The notes below the pieces were generated by a model. That model was not told the origin of the DNA, made no database searches, and saw only the letters and a program-made list of their open reading frames with translations. From a virus, in IMG/VR virus record IMGVR_UViG_3300037458_001154: a stretch of DNA of 32,808 bases; one strand, written 5' to 3'. This document shows positions 31,527-32,808 of this stretch, one piece after another. Numbering within the stretch: the stretch's first letter is position 1; each line of letters opens with the position of its first letter. Position numbers and translations under genes: made by a program.

Positions 31527-31558
31527 CGCCCCGGTGCCAGCCGGGGCGTTTTCCTTTT
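31527..31558 (+). terminator. Plus-strand-oriented intrinsic-terminator-like hairpin inside the minus-strand early operon
   Basis: CGCCCCGG-TGCCAG-CCGGGGCG (8-bp stem) followed on the plus strand by TTTTCCTTTT. On the minus strand it is preceded by AAAAGGAAAA and has no U-tract after it. Confidence 0.45.
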
Positions 31559-31776
31559 CAGCGGGTCATGCGGACCACAACCGGCGGGACTTCCCCGCTG
31601 GCGACGAACTCCTCGAGGTCCGACACGCGGTACCAGACGATCCGGGACTCCGGGTGCGGCCGGGAATGACGGATCCGCTTCTCGTCCCGCCAGCGCCGGA
31701 GCTGCCGCGGAGACACCCCCAGGAACCGGGCGGCGTCGGCTTCGCGGAGGACGGTGGAGGGGGTCTCGTTGCTCAC
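31558..31776 (-). CDS. Excisionase-family HTH protein (Cro/Xis-like first gene of the early operon)
   Basis: The GTG at 31774-31776 lies 7 nt downstream of a TAGATT -10 box, so the mRNA is likely leaderless. The HTH is LREADAARFLGVSPRQLRRWRDEKRI, followed by WYRVSDLEEFV. I rejected the ORF-track TTG start at 31812 because it lies within the promoter. Confidence 0.65.
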   Translation of the reverse strand: MSNETPSTVLREADAARFLGVSPRQLRRWRDEKRIRHSRPHPESRIVWYRVSDLEEFVASGEVPPVVVRMTR

Positions 31777-31783
31777 AGAGGAG

Positions 31784-31812
31784 AATCTACGCGTTGACAT
31801 TGACAATGTCAA
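31784..31812 (-). promoter_or_regulatory. Early promoter candidate: TTGACA-N17-TAGATT
   Basis: The minus strand reads CCATTGACA TTGTCAATGTCAACGCG TAGATT CTCCTCT GTG. The -35 box is at 31807-31812 and the -10 box at 31784-31789. Confidence 0.6.
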
Positions 31813-31814
31813 TG
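31798..31814. promoter_or_regulatory. 17-bp perfect palindrome CATTGACA-A-TGTCAATG (operator candidate) overlapping tandem TTGACA hexamers
   Basis: Read directly. On the plus strand, TTGACATTGACA lies at 31794-31805. The palindrome overlaps the -35 box and spacer of the early promoter candidate. Confidence 0.7.
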
Positions 31815-31862
31815 GCCGCCACAGACTTTTTGTGGCCGCCCCTGCCCCGTAACGGTACGGTT

Positions 31863-31875
31863 TAGACTGGCGCTA
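31863..31875 (+). promoter_or_regulatory. -10-like TAGACT placed 6 nt before the ATG of the repressor gene (leaderless arrangement)
   Basis: TAGACT-GGCGCT-ATG, with no Shine-Dalgarno sequence upstream of the ATG. I found no convincing -35 hexamer. Confidence 0.4.
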
Positions 31876-32240
31876 TGCGCCGGCCCGAAGAGCCGAAGAA
31901 GGTTACCGTTTACGCCCGCATCGACGCGTCGTTAGACGACGAGCTCGGGCGCCATGCGCTGAAGCTGGGGATCGACAAGGGGGAGGTCCTGAGGCGGGCG
32001 ATTCGCCTGAAGGTCCACGGCCCGGAGGTCTCCGGAGCCGATCTCACCCTTGAAGAGGAGGCTGTCCTCTTCGCCTTTCGGACTCTTCGGATCTGTTCGC
32101 CCGAACTAGCTGATGCCTGTCGGCGAGTGCTTCAAGCTCTTCTGGACGCCCAGCCAGGGATGAGCCCACCGCATCCAGAAGGCGCCGGGCCAGGATTAGA
32201 CGCTCCGCGAGAGGGTGGACGGGGAGAGGGGAACCCATGA
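31875..32240 (+). CDS. Ribbon-helix-helix (CopG/Arc-like) repressor candidate
   Basis: 121 aa. KKVTVYARIDASLDDELGRHALKLGIDKGEVLRRAIRL fits a beta-strand/helix/helix RHH pattern. The gene is divergent from the early operon and first in the int-containing strand. Confidence 0.6.
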   Translation: MRRPEEPKKVTVYARIDASLDDELGRHALKLGIDKGEVLRRAIRLKVHGPEVSGADLTLEEEAVLFAFRTLRICSPELADACRRVLQALLDAQPGMSPPHPEGAGPGLDAPREGGRGEGNP

Positions 32241-32331
32241 TGCACCACGCGGGATTCCGGCCTTCCCTGGCCGTCTGCCGGCCCGCGTTCGGTCAGACTT
32301 CGGGGCGGCGTAGAATAGCATCGGAGGGCGC

Positions 32332-32499
32332 ATGCCGGAACCCGTTACCCCGGTCTGCCTGACCGAGATCAGGCTCCCGTTCTACCAGGTCCTGCGACTC
32401 GTCATGCAGGTCCTCGTTATCACCATCCCGATCGGCCTGGCGCTCGGCGCGATGCTGGGGTTCGTCATGCTGATCTTCGGGGCGCTACTGAGGGCGTGA
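32332..32499 (+). CDS. Small membrane protein (55 aa), not in the ORF track
   Basis: The ATG lies 4 nt after GGAGG, with TAGAAT 15 nt further upstream. Product begins MPEPVTPVCLTEIRLPFYQVLRLVMQVLVITIPIGLALGAMLGFVMLIFGALLRA. The stop overlaps the next GTG (GTGA). Confidence 0.55.
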   Translation: MPEPVTPVCLTEIRLPFYQVLRLVMQVLVITIPIGLALGAMLGFVMLIFGALLRA

Positions 32500-32738
32500 G
32501 CGTGGAGACGGTCCGCGGCTGCCCGTTCTGCCACAGGAGTCTCCGCGGGAGCGACCTGCACTGCCGGCAGTGCGAGGGCGACGTGGACCTCCGGCACGAG
32601 GACCACCGCTACCGGGAAGCCGAGGCCGACTTCCTCGTCGCCCAGCGCCGCGACGTGCGGCTCTGCGCGGAGCGCCACGGGCTGACGCTCGACGAGTTCC
32701 GACGGTTCCTGATCGACCGCGGGATCCTGACGCCGTGA
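32496..32738 (+). CDS. Zinc-ribbon protein (80 aa) upstream of int
   Basis: CPFC...CRQC followed by a helical C-terminal part (GLTLDEFRRFLIDRGIL). It is GTGA-coupled on both sides, to the membrane peptide and (across the circle junction) to int. Confidence 0.6.
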   Translation: MSVETVRGCPFCHRSLRGSDLHCRQCEGDVDLRHEDHRYREAEADFLVAQRRDVRLCAERHGLTLDEFRRFLIDRGILTP

Positions 32739-32808
32739 CCCGGGGCGACGGCAGCCTGACCCACGACGGCCGGACCTGGCGGGCCCAGGTCTGGGTCGGA
32801 GGGGACCG
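32682..32808. repeat. Terminal exact direct repeat, copy 2
   Basis: Identical to 1-127. Joining the ends gives GTGA coupling between the zinc-ribbon ORF stop and the int GTG start. Confidence 0.9.

Noticed and set aside
54-31812. Transposable (Mu-like) lifestyle suggested by the Mu-type head genes
   Set aside because: I found no DDE transposase, MuB-like ATPase or terminal transposase-binding repeats. A tyrosine integrase with a tRNA-type attP is present instead.
32382-32678. 98-aa minus-strand ORF
   Set aside because: It is antisense to the coupled membrane-peptide and zinc-ribbon genes, has no SD sequence, and its composition is shadow-like.

Overview
The window is a complete, circularly closed genome of a high-GC temperate tailed phage. 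Bases 1-127 are identical to 32682-32808, so the unique length is 32,681 bp. I count about 60 genes. Almost all are on the minus strand and tightly packed, with many ATGA/GTGA stop-start overlaps.

Plus strand: a lysogeny operon of RHH repressor, 55-aa membrane peptide, zinc-ribbon protein and tyrosine integrase. The integrase gene runs across the contig junction and ends in an attP-like 3' fragment of tRNA-Cys(GCA).

Minus strand, read from 31776 downwards:
- An apparently leaderless early operon: Xis/Cro-like HTH, AAA_24/Sak4-like ATPase, SSB with an EDEIPF tail, a run of micro-ORFs, a ParB-DNA methyltransferase fusion, and five small genes joined by a repeated REGR-stop/SD/GTG junction. It continues with an Hjc-like nuclease, a second HTH, and a replisome-organiser-like gene carrying an 11-bp iteron array.
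- Packaging genes: two zinc-finger proteins, TerS, TerL.
- A Mu-like head module: portal-MuF fusion, gpI-like protease/scaffold, decoration-like protein, gpT-like major capsid.
- Connector proteins.
- A siphovirus-type tail module: tube, G/GT chaperones with a GGGAAAC -1 frameshift, tape measure, Dit-like protein, tip protein, small beta proteins, fibre.
- Two cysteine-rich proteins with Sec-type signal peptides.
- A lysis cassette: SleB-type hydrolase and holin-like membrane proteins.

I saw no rRNA, complete tRNA, CRISPR array, transposase or reverse transcriptase. All functional calls come from motif recognition by eye and from sampled codon-position G+C. No database search or structure prediction was possible, so family names are hypotheses to verify.
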